Shown here: positions 10,637 to 20,958 of the stretch, in pieces | Numbering within the stretch: position 1 is the stretch's first letter | Layout: each line of letters opens with the position of its first letter | Assembly: GCA_965205025.1 (NCBI GenBank) | Contig: CBDBFU010000007.1 | Location: 64,001-128,000, forward strand | Length of the DNA: 64,000 nucleotides | DNA from: Candidatus Poribacteria bacterium | GTDB lineage: Bacteria; Poribacteria; WGA-4E; WGA-3G | Direction: 5' to 3' | Made by a program: the position numbers and the translations under genes | Notes under the pieces: model-generated | The model's database searches: none | What the model was told of the DNA's origin: nothing | The model's input: only the letters and a program-made list of their open reading frames with translations

Positions 10637-10806
10637 AATTTATTGACTTTTCTTTGATAATATAGTATTATTTAAAGGCTGAAATCTTAGCAATTCAGCA
10701 GAATTTCAGACTTAACTGACGGTGTTCTTGTAGAACAAACAATGTCTTATACAAAACTTTAGCCGTTCTGAAATGTGCTATATGTTATTAAAGTATTCTT
10801 AAAACA

Positions 10807-10891
10807 GCCGGAGTGGTGAAACTGGTAGACGCACTGGATTCAAAATCCAGCGGACCTTAGGTCCATGTCGGTTCGAGTCCGACCTCCGGCA
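10807..10891 (+). tRNA. tRNA-Leu(CAA)
   Basis: Acceptor stem GCCGGAG/CTCCGGC-A, anticodon arm CTGGA-TTCAAAA-TCCAG, long variable arm, T-loop GTTCGAGTC; CCA is not encoded. Confidence 0.97.
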
Positions 10892-10894
10892 TCT

Positions 10895-10916
10895 GGCGAT
10901 GGTATGAACCATCGCC
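10895..10916. terminator. Hairpin after the tRNA
   Basis: GGCGATGGT-ATGA-ACCATCGCC between convergent genes. Confidence 0.7.
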
Positions 10917-10931
10917 TTCTCATTAAAATCC

Positions 10932-11723
10932 TTACATCGCCACTATCTTACGCATCCGTTCGGCAAGATCAATTTGTGCGTCTCTATCCCCACCTACTTC
11001 ATGAATCACATAACCATCATATCCGATAGCACGGAAGGCTTCCATTACTGCTGCCCAATCTGTATCTCCATCTAATAGGTTGGTAAATTGATGTGAACCT
11101 CGAGAAAAATCTTTGAAGTGGACACGCTTAATACGAGAACCAAGTTCACGAATCCAATGTTCAGGATAACCGTATGCCATCATATTAGCCGTATCAAGAT
11201 AAGTACCAACCCAGTCGCTACCCACTTCATCGACAATATCCCGCATTTCCTTTGGACTCAATAAGAATTTGTTCCATACATTTTCTAAACCAATTGCGAC
11301 TTTGTGAGATTCTGCAGCTGGGGCAAGATCTTTTAGATGTCCAACAAGGTTATCCCATACCTCTTGATATGTTCCTTCAACAGATAGTTGCCCTGGATGA
11401 AGTAAAATCCCACCAACACCGAGTGCTCCAGCTACTTCTAAACCACGAGCCAAAGAACGTACACCACTTTGACGGGTTTCAGCATCAAGACTTAACAAAC
11501 TCCCACGATCCTTATAGCCGGCAGTGATACTACTAATCTCAACTCCTGCGTCTGCACATTTTGATGCGATACCTTGCAGTTCATCATCACTCATGTTAAT
11601 GTCCGTGTCCTGATCTTCCCCGAAAGTAAGCTCAACTGCATCATAACCCGCATCTTGGCACAATGAAAGTGTATCGTCTAAGGACATTCCACCGAGTATT
11701 ATTTGGGTAACACCTATTTTCAT
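10932..11723 (-). CDS. Sugar phosphate isomerase/epimerase (xylose-isomerase-like TIM barrel)
   Basis: GYDAVEL, LENVWNKFL, DTAN, HFKD and YVIHE motifs. Confidence 0.9.
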   Translation of the reverse strand: MKIGVTQIILGGMSLDDTLSLCQDAGYDAVELTFGEDQDTDINMSDDELQGIASKCADAGVEISSITAGYKDRGSLLSLDAETRQSGVRSLARGLEVAGALGVGGILLHPGQLSVEGTYQEVWDNLVGHLKDLAPAAESHKVAIGLENVWNKFLLSPKEMRDIVDEVGSDWVGTYLDTANMMAYGYPEHWIRELGSRIKRVHFKDFSRGSHQFTNLLDGDTDWAAVMEAFRAIGYDGYVIHEVGGDRDAQIDLAERMRKIVAM

Positions 11724-11974
11724 TTTCTCTCTACTTTCTCCTTTTCATTATAGAACTGGTTTGGTGTCAACGACTTTATAGCCAAGTAACGTGTTTCAAG
11801 ACATTGCGGACACCGGAACTCAATATAATAGGTATCGTTAAATACCATATCGATCAATTCAAGAGGATTCTCTTTTTCTTCTCCCAAGAACTGTTTAAGC
11901 ACTTCATACTCACGATCACAATCCGGACACATCTGAAGGTCATGTGCAATATCAATCTTATCTAACCAACCCAT
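11720..11974 (-). CDS. Small putative zinc-ribbon protein
   Basis: CPDC...CPQC; 4-bp overlap with the downstream gene. Confidence 0.7.
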   Translation of the reverse strand: MGWLDKIDIAHDLQMCPDCDREYEVLKQFLGEEKENPLELIDMVFNDTYYIEFRCPQCLETRYLAIKSLTPNQFYNEKEKVERK

Positions 11975-12105
11975 TATATGTTGTCCTTAAAACAATCATT
12001 CTATTCCAAGGTAACGCGATTTCAAGATTGTTTTATATCCTACTTCTGATTTCTCTTCTGCATCTACAAAGAGAAGTCGTTTCTACTACAAAGGGTATTT
12101 TTCTG

Positions 12106-13422
12106 TTATCCACATTGTACAAGATCAGGGGATATTGAATACTGAGATACTGATTTTACATACCGGGTGGGTAACCGTGCCTTCACATGGACGCCATCCT
12201 CAGCATAATCCGTACCCAACACCGTCCCATGTTTATACAACATATCAAGCTTTTTGCCATCTGTATAAGGAATATTCAGATATAATGTAGCACCACTGGA
12301 ACAAAAACGTTCTGCTAACGAATCCAATAACTCTTCCAGACCGTCTCCACGTTGTGCTGAAATAGGCAACGCATCTGAATAACGACTCTTTAGAATATAT
12401 AATGTATCTTCGTTCTCCAACTGATCAATCTTATTCAATACTACCACCATCGGAATATCAGATGCTTCTAATTCTGTTAATACCGTATCCACGGCAGCGA
12501 TCTGTGCTTCTGCCTCTGGATGGCTTACATCAACAACATGCAACAAGAGATCTGCCTCTGTAACTTCCTCCAAAGTAGCTTTAAAAGCGGCTACAAGTTG
12601 GTGGGGTAATTTCTTGATAAAACCGACTGTATCACTCAGGAGAATATCTTGATTTCCTTCAGGTAGACTGACTCGGCGCGTCGTCGAATCCAATGTAGCA
12701 AACAGTTTGTCTTCCGCTAATACTTTTTCTCCTGTGAGTGTATTGAAAAGTGTTGATTTCCCTGCGTTCGTATAGCCAACAAGAGACACGTTGATTTTAT
12801 CTGAACGATTTTGTCGTTGGACTTGCCTTCGTCTTTCCACTGTTTCTAACGCTTTTTTCACCTGAGAAATCTGCTTTCGGATCCAGCGTCTGTCCATTTC
12901 CAACTGTGTTTCACCCGGTCCACGTAGGGATCCAGCCCCACCGCCTCCACCGCCAGTTGCCATACGGGAAAGGTGTGTCCACATCCGTGTAAGCCGTGGT
13001 AATGCATACTCAAGTTGTGCCAGACTTACTTGTAATCGCGCTTCACTCGTCGATGCACGTTGTGCAAACACTTGTAGAATCAAACCTGTTCTATCAAGTG
13101 TTGCCACATCAATCTCATTTTCAATATTGCGGGTTTGAGCGGGAGACAGTTCATCATCAAAAATAATCACATCGGCTTCGAGTTCCTTTACCACCCCTTT
13201 TAATTCTTCAACCTTACCTTCACCGATGTAATATCTGGGATTCGGTGTATTTCGTGGCTGAATTGTTTCACATACAACTTCAATCCCCGCAGTTTCGGTT
13301 AACTGCTGCAATTCCTGAAGGGATTCCTCAGTTTCATGCATCAAGGTATTTCGCAATTTTACACCTACAAGTATAGCTCGTGAAGGAGGAACTGGAGGTT
13401 GTGTATCATAAAGTTCTTGCAT
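12106..13422 (-). CDS. hflX: GTPase HflX
   Basis: GPGETQLE, GYTNAGKST, LFATLD, DTVGFI and NKID motifs. Confidence 0.97.
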   Translation of the reverse strand: MQELYDTQPPVPPSRAILVGVKLRNTLMHETEESLQELQQLTETAGIEVVCETIQPRNTPNPRYYIGEGKVEELKGVVKELEADVIIFDDELSPAQTRNIENEIDVATLDRTGLILQVFAQRASTSEARLQVSLAQLEYALPRLTRMWTHLSRMATGGGGGGAGSLRGPGETQLEMDRRWIRKQISQVKKALETVERRRQVQRQNRSDKINVSLVGYTNAGKSTLFNTLTGEKVLAEDKLFATLDSTTRRVSLPEGNQDILLSDTVGFIKKLPHQLVAAFKATLEEVTEADLLLHVVDVSHPEAEAQIAAVDTVLTELEASDIPMVVVLNKIDQLENEDTLYILKSRYSDALPISAQRGDGLEELLDSLAERFCSSGATLYLNIPYTDGKKLDMLYKHGTVLGTDYAEDGVHVKARLPTRYVKSVSQYSISPDLVQCG

Positions 13423-13587
13423 AGTGATCCTTTTGAGAAGATTCTTTAATTGGTATTACGAACCCACATTCTTCTAAGATATAGTTTATCAGATTCCAAG
13501 CTATATTTCAACCTTATCTTCCAGATACTTTTATTTCATCATCTTGACATTTCTCATTATATGACGTATCCTATATCTCAGTTTCTT

Positions 13588-13702
13588 ATGAAGATTAATT
13601 TTTAAATTCGGCAATTTTGAAGAAAGGTCCAGTGCGGTTAGGAAACCGCACCTACCGGGTTTGGGAAAATTAGAATTACCGAAATATTTTCTTAATCTTC
13701 AT
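13588..13702. repeat. 115-bp hairpin/MITE-like element, family A copy 2
   Basis: ATGAAGATTAA-n8-TTCGGCAATT ... AATTACCGAA-n8-TTAATCTTCAT with the same REP core as 1121-1235. Confidence 0.85.
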
Positions 13703-13831
13703 TTGAAAAGAATATTTGATATTGCCACAATCTGATTTGAAGTTTAAAAACATAGTATGTTATAATATATCGGAGTGTTAATAGGTTCACACTCGGTAAT
13801 CAATGGCATGCAGAATGGAAGGAATACCGAG

Positions 13832-14221
13832 TTGAAATGGCCTGACTATTATCCAGAGGACTGTCCGCCTGAGGATGCTAAACCCACTTCAGGCATTGTT
13901 TATCGTCTTGTGAAGCAAGATCCTGTTCAGCAGGAGGAATTCATTCCACTAATTATTGAAAATTCCAAGCGGTTTGAGAATAAACCAAACGCACAAATAT
14001 GTATAGGGTGTGGAATTTCTGTATGTAAAGGCATGCAGGACATACTGAAACTACAACGCAGTAGTGGAAAAATGAGAAAAAGACAAATTGCGGAAGGTGA
14101 GTTGAATTCAACGTTAGGTGTAATTAAACATACACCATCACGAAACTATAAGACTCACCATACATGGTGGGTAGATCCTAATGCAAAACCTTGGCACGTA
14201 TTTAAAGTAATAGACGAATAA
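13832..14221 (+). CDS. Hypothetical protein, possible ADP-ribosyltransferase/RES-like fold
   Basis: WPDYYPEDCPP, VYRLV, CGISV and HHTWW motifs. The TTG start after GGAAGG is a guess (ORF opens at 13775), and the fold is inferred. Confidence 0.6.
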   Translation: MKWPDYYPEDCPPEDAKPTSGIVYRLVKQDPVQQEEFIPLIIENSKRFENKPNAQICIGCGISVCKGMQDILKLQRSSGKMRKRQIAEGELNSTLGVIKHTPSRNYKTHHTWWVDPNAKPWHVFKVIDE

Positions 14222-14253
14222 AGTGCTGACAATCATTTAAGAAGGATACAAAG

Positions 14254-15432
14254 ATGGTTGATACACTCAATGTCCCAGGTTTAGGTAATTTTGAACTTAT
14301 AGAAACCTACGCATACTATGATGAACCGATTCTTTTCTCCTGCAAAAACGCCGCAGGACATTTATATCTCGTTGTAGCAGCTGATGAAAACGAACAATAT
14401 GAAACATGGCTCTATGCTGCTGTCTCAATTGGACGTCTTAATCTGATTCGTTCAGGAAAAATTGATCTCCATGATGCATTTGCTGATACAGAAGTTGGAA
14501 ATGTTCTTCAAGTAAGATTTCCATACAACGATTCCTTACCTATGATTGATTCCTTACAACGAGATCAGATATCAAAGGATATGCTTCCAGTTGTTGGTGA
14601 GAGACTTGATCTTGATACAGATATTCTCAATATACAAACTGATGGTGGAATAATAGCAAAATCAAGAAGACAAGAAATATTGAACCTATCTCTAAACCTT
14701 TCAGATGGTCTTAAAGCAGAAGCACCAATTAACTTAATTAGTGATATTTTAGAGAGTTTCCAGAACGTAATTTACACAATTGGAATGATAGTTGATAACT
14801 CCAATACAATCACTGAGGAAATAAGAAACAGTATGCAATTTTCATTATTAGAAGTTGGTACTGGTTCATTTGATATTCGACTCGCTTCTAAAAAACAGAC
14901 TCAACTTGAACTGTTCGAAGATTCTAAATGTGGAGATGCGATAGAAACATTTCTTAAACTTCTTAATGCCGAAAGCAATAAAGTTGAACTAAAAAAACAT
15001 CTGTCACAACTGAGAATAGCAAAGAAATATACAAAATTCCTGAAGTCATTTCATGAATCTGTAGTAGATACAAAATTCACATGGAAATCACCAAACCCAA
15101 ATCGTGGCGGAACAGCATATCTAACAAACTCTAAGATTCAAGAAGTAATTCAAATTCTTGAGACCTACCATGATGAAACTCCATCTTGGCACACTGTCAC
15201 CGGAATTTTAATTGGAGCTTCCCTTAAAACAAATAGATTTGAGATAAAGACCAAGGACAAAACTTTTACTGGACATCTTACAGAGGAAGCTTTTGATACC
15301 GTTGAAAACGTTACATTGAGACGGGTATACATCGCTGAAATTGAAGAAGTTACAGAAAGAAGTGAGACCACAAAAGAGCTAACTACCCCAAAATATCTTC
15401 TCCATAGCCTCAGAGATACAATAATTGAATGA
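14254..15432 (+). CDS. DUF6575-like protein (YYDEPILF N-terminus) with a GSF-motif C-terminal region
   Basis: N-terminal 'ETYAYYDEPILFSCKN...LYL...WLY' recalled as DUF6575-like; starts 32 bp after the upstream gene, so operonic. Confidence 0.6.
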   Translation: MVDTLNVPGLGNFELIETYAYYDEPILFSCKNAAGHLYLVVAADENEQYETWLYAAVSIGRLNLIRSGKIDLHDAFADTEVGNVLQVRFPYNDSLPMIDSLQRDQISKDMLPVVGERLDLDTDILNIQTDGGIIAKSRRQEILNLSLNLSDGLKAEAPINLISDILESFQNVIYTIGMIVDNSNTITEEIRNSMQFSLLEVGTGSFDIRLASKKQTQLELFEDSKCGDAIETFLKLLNAESNKVELKKHLSQLRIAKKYTKFLKSFHESVVDTKFTWKSPNPNRGGTAYLTNSKIQEVIQILETYHDETPSWHTVTGILIGASLKTNRFEIKTKDKTFTGHLTEEAFDTVENVTLRRVYIAEIEEVTERSETTKELTTPKYLLHSLRDTIIE

Positions 15433-15463
15433 TGGTATGAATAGCATGGGTTTCTTTACATCA

Positions 15464-15583
15464 AAATCTGTAATCAAGATCAACTTTTAAATTCGGCAAT
15501 ATACGGACAGGTAACCCCGGTCCCTACGATCATTTTGTGAAATGGATTACCGAAATATTTATTTAATCTTTAATTACAGATTT
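15464..15583. repeat. Family A hairpin element copy 3 (same arms, different core)
   Basis: AAGATCAA-n8-TTCGGCAAT ... ATTACCGAA-n8-TTAATCTT, extra outer IR AAATCTGTAAT/ATTACAGATTT, core ending GGTCCCTAC. Confidence 0.75.
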
Positions 15584-16251
15584 CACATTATATAATACAC
15601 ACTTCAAAACTCTCATTATATTATCGTGTTGTGCAAGTGGACAGTCCAACCTAAGATTGATTATATCAATATATCATGCCACCACCATAAGGTCGCTTCT
15701 CGAGAAGAAACATAGGTAAAATTAGTGTGGTTGGACGTTAGTTAACATAACAATTGACTCTTATCGAATAGTTTATGTATACCATTTAATCCTTCCTACT
15801 GCTTATCCACATACATTAACACCAACAATCTGAGCTAAATCCAATGGTATACTCCTGTTATCAGGACATATAACAGTAAGACTTCCGATTACCAAGATTA
15901 ACTGAGAACTCCAACGTAATAAATGGTAAATCTAAACATAATTGATTGCCATACTGTATTTACCAAAAGAGTGAATTTTTTATCAGTAATCAAAGATGAG
16001 ATAGTGAACAGTTAATATATTCATTGATCATTGGATCAGACAGGGTTATTTCCAGACGGTATAGCAAAGGAATTCTTTCAAGTTATACAACAACGTGGTA
16101 TAGGAAACACTTTGAATAGAATTGGAAGCAATATATTATATACAAATATATGTCATACTTGAGTTGGTTTTTATTTCGTTTTTAAATTACCTTGATATAT
16201 GGCAATCTATCTGCTAAAATGACACAATTCATTTGAAATATGGAGAGACTT

Positions 16252-17112
16252 ATGATTTTTGGACAAGGAACACATCAGTATAGGGTGCATGAGAATTGGT
16301 GGTCATTGCCGGAAGGCTGGGAATTTGGATGGATTCCTGCAGTTGCTGTTGATTCTCAAGATCGTGTCTATGTTTACAGTCGTAGCGAACATCCAATGGT
16401 AGTATTTGACAGAGATGGTGATTTTTTAACATCATGGGGTGATGATATCCTTAAGGATGCACACGGAATTTATATAGATGAAAACGATCATATCTATTGT
16501 ACTGAACGTGAAACCCATGTAGTACAAAAGTTTACAACAGATGGTGAGTTACTCATGACTTTGGGTACAATGGATGAACCTGGTGCGGAAGGTGAACCAT
16601 TCAATTTACCTACTGATTTTGCGCTCGGACCAGATGGTGAGATGTATGTTAGTGATGGATACGGCAATTCTCGGATACATAAGTATTCCGCTGATGGAGA
16701 GTTGATTAAATCCTGGGGAAAACCCGGTTCAGGTCCAGGAGAGTTTGACTTACCCCATTGTGTTAGAGTTGATCCTCGCAATCGTCTTATGGTTGCTGAT
16801 CGTGAAAATAATCGTATACAGTTTTTTACATTGGATGGTGAATATATAGAGGAATGGGTTGATCTATTGCAACCTGATACGATATATATTGATGAAGATG
16901 ATTTAGTATATATAGCTGAACTTGGTCAACGTATCTCAATTATGACTCTGGATGGTGAGGTTATTTCGAGATGGGGAAGTGAACGTGGTAGTGAAGTTCC
17001 CGGCGAATTTATGGCATGTCCCCACGGCATTTGGTTAGATTCCCATGGTGATATATATGTGGGTGAAGTACAAGCCGATGCAAGATTACAAAAATACATA
17101 CGGCAAAGTTAA
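16252..17112 (+). CDS. NHL-repeat beta-propeller (peptidyl-alpha-hydroxyglycine lyase-like)
   Basis: Repeated blades AVDSQDRVYV, HGIYID, FNLPTD, YVSDGYGNSRI, FDLPH and VADRENNRIQ. Confidence 0.9.
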   Translation: MIFGQGTHQYRVHENWWSLPEGWEFGWIPAVAVDSQDRVYVYSRSEHPMVVFDRDGDFLTSWGDDILKDAHGIYIDENDHIYCTERETHVVQKFTTDGELLMTLGTMDEPGAEGEPFNLPTDFALGPDGEMYVSDGYGNSRIHKYSADGELIKSWGKPGSGPGEFDLPHCVRVDPRNRLMVADRENNRIQFFTLDGEYIEEWVDLLQPDTIYIDEDDLVYIAELGQRISIMTLDGEVISRWGSERGSEVPGEFMACPHGIWLDSHGDIYVGEVQADARLQKYIRQS

Positions 17113-17210
17113 TGACATTTTCTATACATATCCTATGTTCACCTTATCATAAGATAATCCAAATTCATTCAGTCTCAACAATTATATTTAAATAGTTTTA
17201 AGGTGAAGAG

Positions 17211-18626
17211 ATGGCAGAAAACCTATCTTTTTTTCAGAAAGTCAATGAGAATTTTGACTATGCTGCCCAATTCACAGATCATCCTGCCGGACTCTTGGAT
17301 CAGATCAAAATATGTAACAGTTCTTGTCATTTCACCTTTCCCATCAAACGTGACAATGGAGATATTGAGACCTTACACGGATGGCGTGCTGAACATAGTC
17401 ACCATAAATTACCGACAAAAGGGGGAATTCGCTATAGTACTCTTGTAAATGAAGATGAAATCATGGCACTTGCCGCTTTAATGACCTATAAATGTGCCCT
17501 TGTAGACCTACCATTTGGTGGTGCGAAAGGGGGTATACAACTCGATAGAAACGAGTATTCAGACAGTGAATTGGAACGAATCACCCGTCGTTATACCTAC
17601 GAATTGATTCAGAAGAACTATATAGGTCCAGGGGTAGATGTTCCAGCCCCAGACTTCGGAACAAGTGAAGACGAAATGGCGTGGATATTTGATACATATA
17701 TCACAATGTCCCCTGATAAACTGGATGCTATGGCATGTGTTACAGGGAAACCTATAGATCAAAATGGAATTGAAGGTAGAAAAGAAGCTACTGGTCGTGG
17801 TGTTGTTTTCGGATTGGAAGAGGTATGCAACTATGCTGAAGATCTGAAACAGATCGGTTTGGAACCAGGTATACAAGGAAAGACTGTAGCAATTCAAGGT
17901 TTTGGAAATGTAGGTTACCATGCAGCGAAATTTCTGTTTGAAAAGGATGCGGTCGTTGTCGGAATTTCCGAAATTGATGGAGTTGTCTATAACCCAAAAG
18001 GCATTGATATTGAGAAACTCTCTGATTACCGCTCAGAAAATGGCACTATCTGTAACTTTCCAGACGCAATATATATTGAGAATCCAGACGAATGTTTAGA
18101 ATTAGAATGTGATATATTAATCCCTGCAGCCTTAGAAAATCAGATAACCGAAGAGAATGCCTCCCGTATTAAGGCGCGTATCATTGGAGAAGCAGCAAAT
18201 GGACCAACAACCTTTAAAGCCCATACCATTCTAAAAGAAAAGGGAGCATTAATCATCCCAGATACCTATCTAAACGCTGGAGGTGTAACAGTATCCTATT
18301 TCGAATGGCTCAGAAATCTTTCTCATGTCCGATTCGGCAGAATTGGTAAACGTTTTGAAGAGGGGACATACAATGCTATGTTACGTGCTGTTGAAAATGC
18401 AACAGGCTATCAATTTTCCGATAACGAAAGGAAGTCAGTACACGGAGCAGATGAAACAGATTTAGTGAATTCTGGACTTCAAGATACTATGATAAATGCA
18501 TATCAAGAGATACGAGAAATCCGGTTACAATATGGAATACCTGAAGTTGACTGTAGAGCAGCAGCTTTTATCAATGCTATTGACAAAATTGCTCATTCCT
18601 ACTTGCAGTTAGGTATATTTCCATAG
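17211..18626 (+). CDS. gdhA: Glu/Leu/Phe/Val dehydrogenase (glutamate dehydrogenase)
   Basis: [33 protein letters not shown] and [12 protein letters not shown] motifs. Confidence 0.95.
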   Translation: MAENLSFFQKVNENFDYAAQFTDHPAGLLDQIKICNSSCHFTFPIKRDNGDIETLHGWRAEHSHHKLPTKGGIRYSTLVNEDEIMALAALMTYKCALVDLPFGGAKGGIQLDRNEYSDSELERITRRYTYELIQKNYIGPGVDVPAPDFGTSEDEMAWIFDTYITMSPDKLDAMACVTGKPIDQNGIEGRKEATGRGVVFGLEEVCNYAEDLKQIGLEPGIQGKTVAIQGFGNVGYHAAKFLFEKDAVVVGISEIDGVVYNPKGIDIEKLSDYRSENGTICNFPDAIYIENPDECLELECDILIPAALENQITEENASRIKARIIGEAANGPTTFKAHTILKEKGALIIPDTYLNAGGVTVSYFEWLRNLSHVRFGRIGKRFEEGTYNAMLRAVENATGYQFSDNERKSVHGADETDLVNSGLQDTMINAYQEIREIRLQYGIPEVDCRAAAFINAIDKIAHSYLQLGIFP

Positions 18627-18811
18627 GTGTGATTATCTTAAAAACAGTCAATTTCTATCAACATTATTAGTCAATCTATTTTGAATTTTAGAAATACTCA
18701 ATACTCCGTTGAACCTATTTTGCAAATCCACTCTATGCAGATACAGTTCCCTAATCGTACCGTTTGACAAACTCACTGTCACATTCAATAATATAATAGA
18801 AGAGAGGTAGA

Positions 18812-19561
18812 ATGATTGCTTTAAGTGTCAATGTAAATAAGGTGGCTACATTGCGTAATTCAAGAGGTGGTGATATACCAAAAGTCTTAACTGCCGTGGA
18901 CACCTGTATTGAAGCAGGGGCACAAGGTATCACTGTACACCCTCGCGAGGACCAAAGACACATTACACCAACTGATGTGTATGAAATCGCACATCACCTA
19001 AAAGAGATAAATGACCAAAATGGTAGAAATATAGAATATAATATTGAAGGAGATCCGCGTGCGGAACTGATTGATATGGTTCTGGATGTTAAACCGACCC
19101 AGTGTACCCTCGTGCCAGTTGTCAGTGGTGAAATAACAAGTCACACGGTTTGGGATATAAAGAAAGATGGTGAGATGTTAAAACCTATAATATCATCACT
19201 AAAGAGTGCTGGAATTAGAGTCAGTTTGTTTAGTGGAACCGATTTTGATCAAATATCAAGATCATTAGACATCGGGGCGGATAGAATTGAACTATATACA
19301 GCACCTTATGCTGAAGCACAGACAGAAATGCATATCTCCCGTGAATTTGTCTTCTTAAGGAACGCATCCGAAAAGGCACTCAACATAGGTCTCGGTGTCA
19401 ATGCGGGGCATGATCTTAATCTTGATAATCTTCCCCGACTGCAGCAATTACCTTGTTTACAAGAAGTTTCTATTGGACATCATTTGATGGCAGACGCTCT
19501 CTATATTGGGATGGAAGCAGCTGTAAAAGCTTATCGTTTAGCGTTAGGACAGGAGATATAA
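18812..19561 (+). CDS. pdxJ: Pyridoxine 5'-phosphate synthase
   Basis: LSVNVNKVATLRNSR, ITVHPREDQRHI, NAGHDL and EVSIGH motifs. Confidence 0.96.
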   Translation: MIALSVNVNKVATLRNSRGGDIPKVLTAVDTCIEAGAQGITVHPREDQRHITPTDVYEIAHHLKEINDQNGRNIEYNIEGDPRAELIDMVLDVKPTQCTLVPVVSGEITSHTVWDIKKDGEMLKPIISSLKSAGIRVSLFSGTDFDQISRSLDIGADRIELYTAPYAEAQTEMHISREFVFLRNASEKALNIGLGVNAGHDLNLDNLPRLQQLPCLQEVSIGHHLMADALYIGMEAAVKAYRLALGQEI

Positions 19562-20196
19562 TGAAAAAGACATGTGCAATTTTCGATCTTGATGGTACAC
19601 TCATACGGAAATCTTCAGAGAAAGTCTTTCTAAACTATTTGCTAAATCAAGGAGAAATTCCACTACCAAATCTCCTTGCTTGGGTTTCACATCTCTTTAA
19701 AGTAAGATCTTATACAAAAGCAAAATCCTGCAGAGTGCATCTACGAGGTTTAGATGAACACCGTCTTTCTAAATTGGCTCAAGATTGCTTTGTAAATTCA
19801 CTACGAGGTAGTATAACCCCTCACATATCATCCCTCATAGATACTCATCGTAATGAAGGACGAACAGTAATCCTTATGTCAGGTTCATTGTGGTTTATAG
19901 TTGAGCTATTTCATGAACATTTTCAGACTGACATTATGGTTGCGCACAAGCTTGAAGTATCAGAAGGAAAATTCACTGGTAACCGAGTTGGTCTACATCC
20001 TTATGCTGAAAACAAAGCAGCACTTGCTCAAGAGCTTGCTTCCGTCCATGGATTTGATCTAAGTTCCTCATACGCTTACGGTAATCATCATTCTGATGTA
20101 CATAAATTGGAATTATTCGGCAATCCAGTTGCAGTGAATCCGGATAGGGAACTTCGAAGAATAGCAACTGAAAGAAATTGGCAGATTGAATCGTAG
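19561..20196 (+). CDS. HAD-IB family hydrolase (SerB-like)
   Basis: FDLDGTL, MSGS, SYAYGN and AVNPD motifs; AGGAG RBS, coupled to the pdxJ stop. Confidence 0.9.
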   Translation: MKKTCAIFDLDGTLIRKSSEKVFLNYLLNQGEIPLPNLLAWVSHLFKVRSYTKAKSCRVHLRGLDEHRLSKLAQDCFVNSLRGSITPHISSLIDTHRNEGRTVILMSGSLWFIVELFHEHFQTDIMVAHKLEVSEGKFTGNRVGLHPYAENKAALAQELASVHGFDLSSSYAYGNHHSDVHKLELFGNPVAVNPDRELRRIATERNWQIES

Positions 20197-20211
20197 TTTT
20201 GGCAGGTAAAA

Positions 20212-20958
20212 GTGCGATTAGAAAAATTTATAGCTACTTCAGGTGTTGCTTCTCGACGTGCAGTAAAACGTTCTATACGTGAAGGACGTGTGACAGTCAA
20301 CGGCACGACGGTATTCATACCGGGGCATCCGATAGATGTGCAGACAGATACTATAGAATATGAAGGCGAACTGGTAGAGCCATTAACACACCGAATTTAT
20401 CTCATGTTGAACAAACCTGCTGGATATATCACCACTCGACATGATGAACGGGGACGTCAAACAGTAATGGATCTACTAACCGACTTACCTAAGTCTATAT
20501 ATCCAGTGGGTCGTTTAGATTTGGAGACTGAAGGACTTTTACTATTTACGAATGATGGACAATTTGCAAATCGTCTGATGCATCCGAGTCATGAAATTGA
20601 AAAGACTTATCTTGCATGGGTGAATGGTGTTCCGACCAACCGTTCTCTCAATCGCCTTCGTAAAGGTGTTAAAATCCCAAAAAGTATAACATCACCAGCA
20701 AAGATTGAATTATTAGATACGAATTTATCGACTTCAGCAACTATATCTGATAGGAGAAATAGAAGCGGAATGATAGCAAAGTTGAGGGTAATTATACATG
20801 AAGGGAAAAAACGGCAAGTTAGGTTAATGTTTAAGGCAGTAGGTCACAGGGTGATACGTTTGAAAAGGACACAAGTTGGCAGGTTATCGTTAGGAAATCT
20901 TCCGCAGGGGCAATATAGATATCTCACCCCCGCAGAAGTAAAAGACTTAACAGACTAA
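20212..20958 (+). CDS. rluB: rRNA pseudouridine synthase (RsuA/RluB family)
   Basis: S4 domain (RLEKFIA..GVASRR), NKPAGY, VGRLDLETEGLL and EGKKRQVR motifs. Confidence 0.9.
   Translation: MRLEKFIATSGVASRRAVKRSIREGRVTVNGTTVFIPGHPIDVQTDTIEYEGELVEPLTHRIYLMLNKPAGYITTRHDERGRQTVMDLLTDLPKSIYPVGRLDLETEGLLLFTNDGQFANRLMHPSHEIEKTYLAWVNGVPTNRSLNRLRKGVKIPKSITSPAKIELLDTNLSTSATISDRRNRSGMIAKLRVIIHEGKKRQVRLMFKAVGHRVIRLKRTQVGRLSLGNLPQGQYRYLTPAEVKDLTD

Noticed and set aside
10807-10931. tRNA-Leu as an integration site
   Set aside because: No integrase nearby, and no duplicated tRNA 3' end was noticed in the window.
17211-18626. Animal-like C-terminal 'antenna' region in GDH as a sign of host gene transfer
   Set aside because: Similar GDHs occur in many bacteria, and the composition matches the flanking genes.
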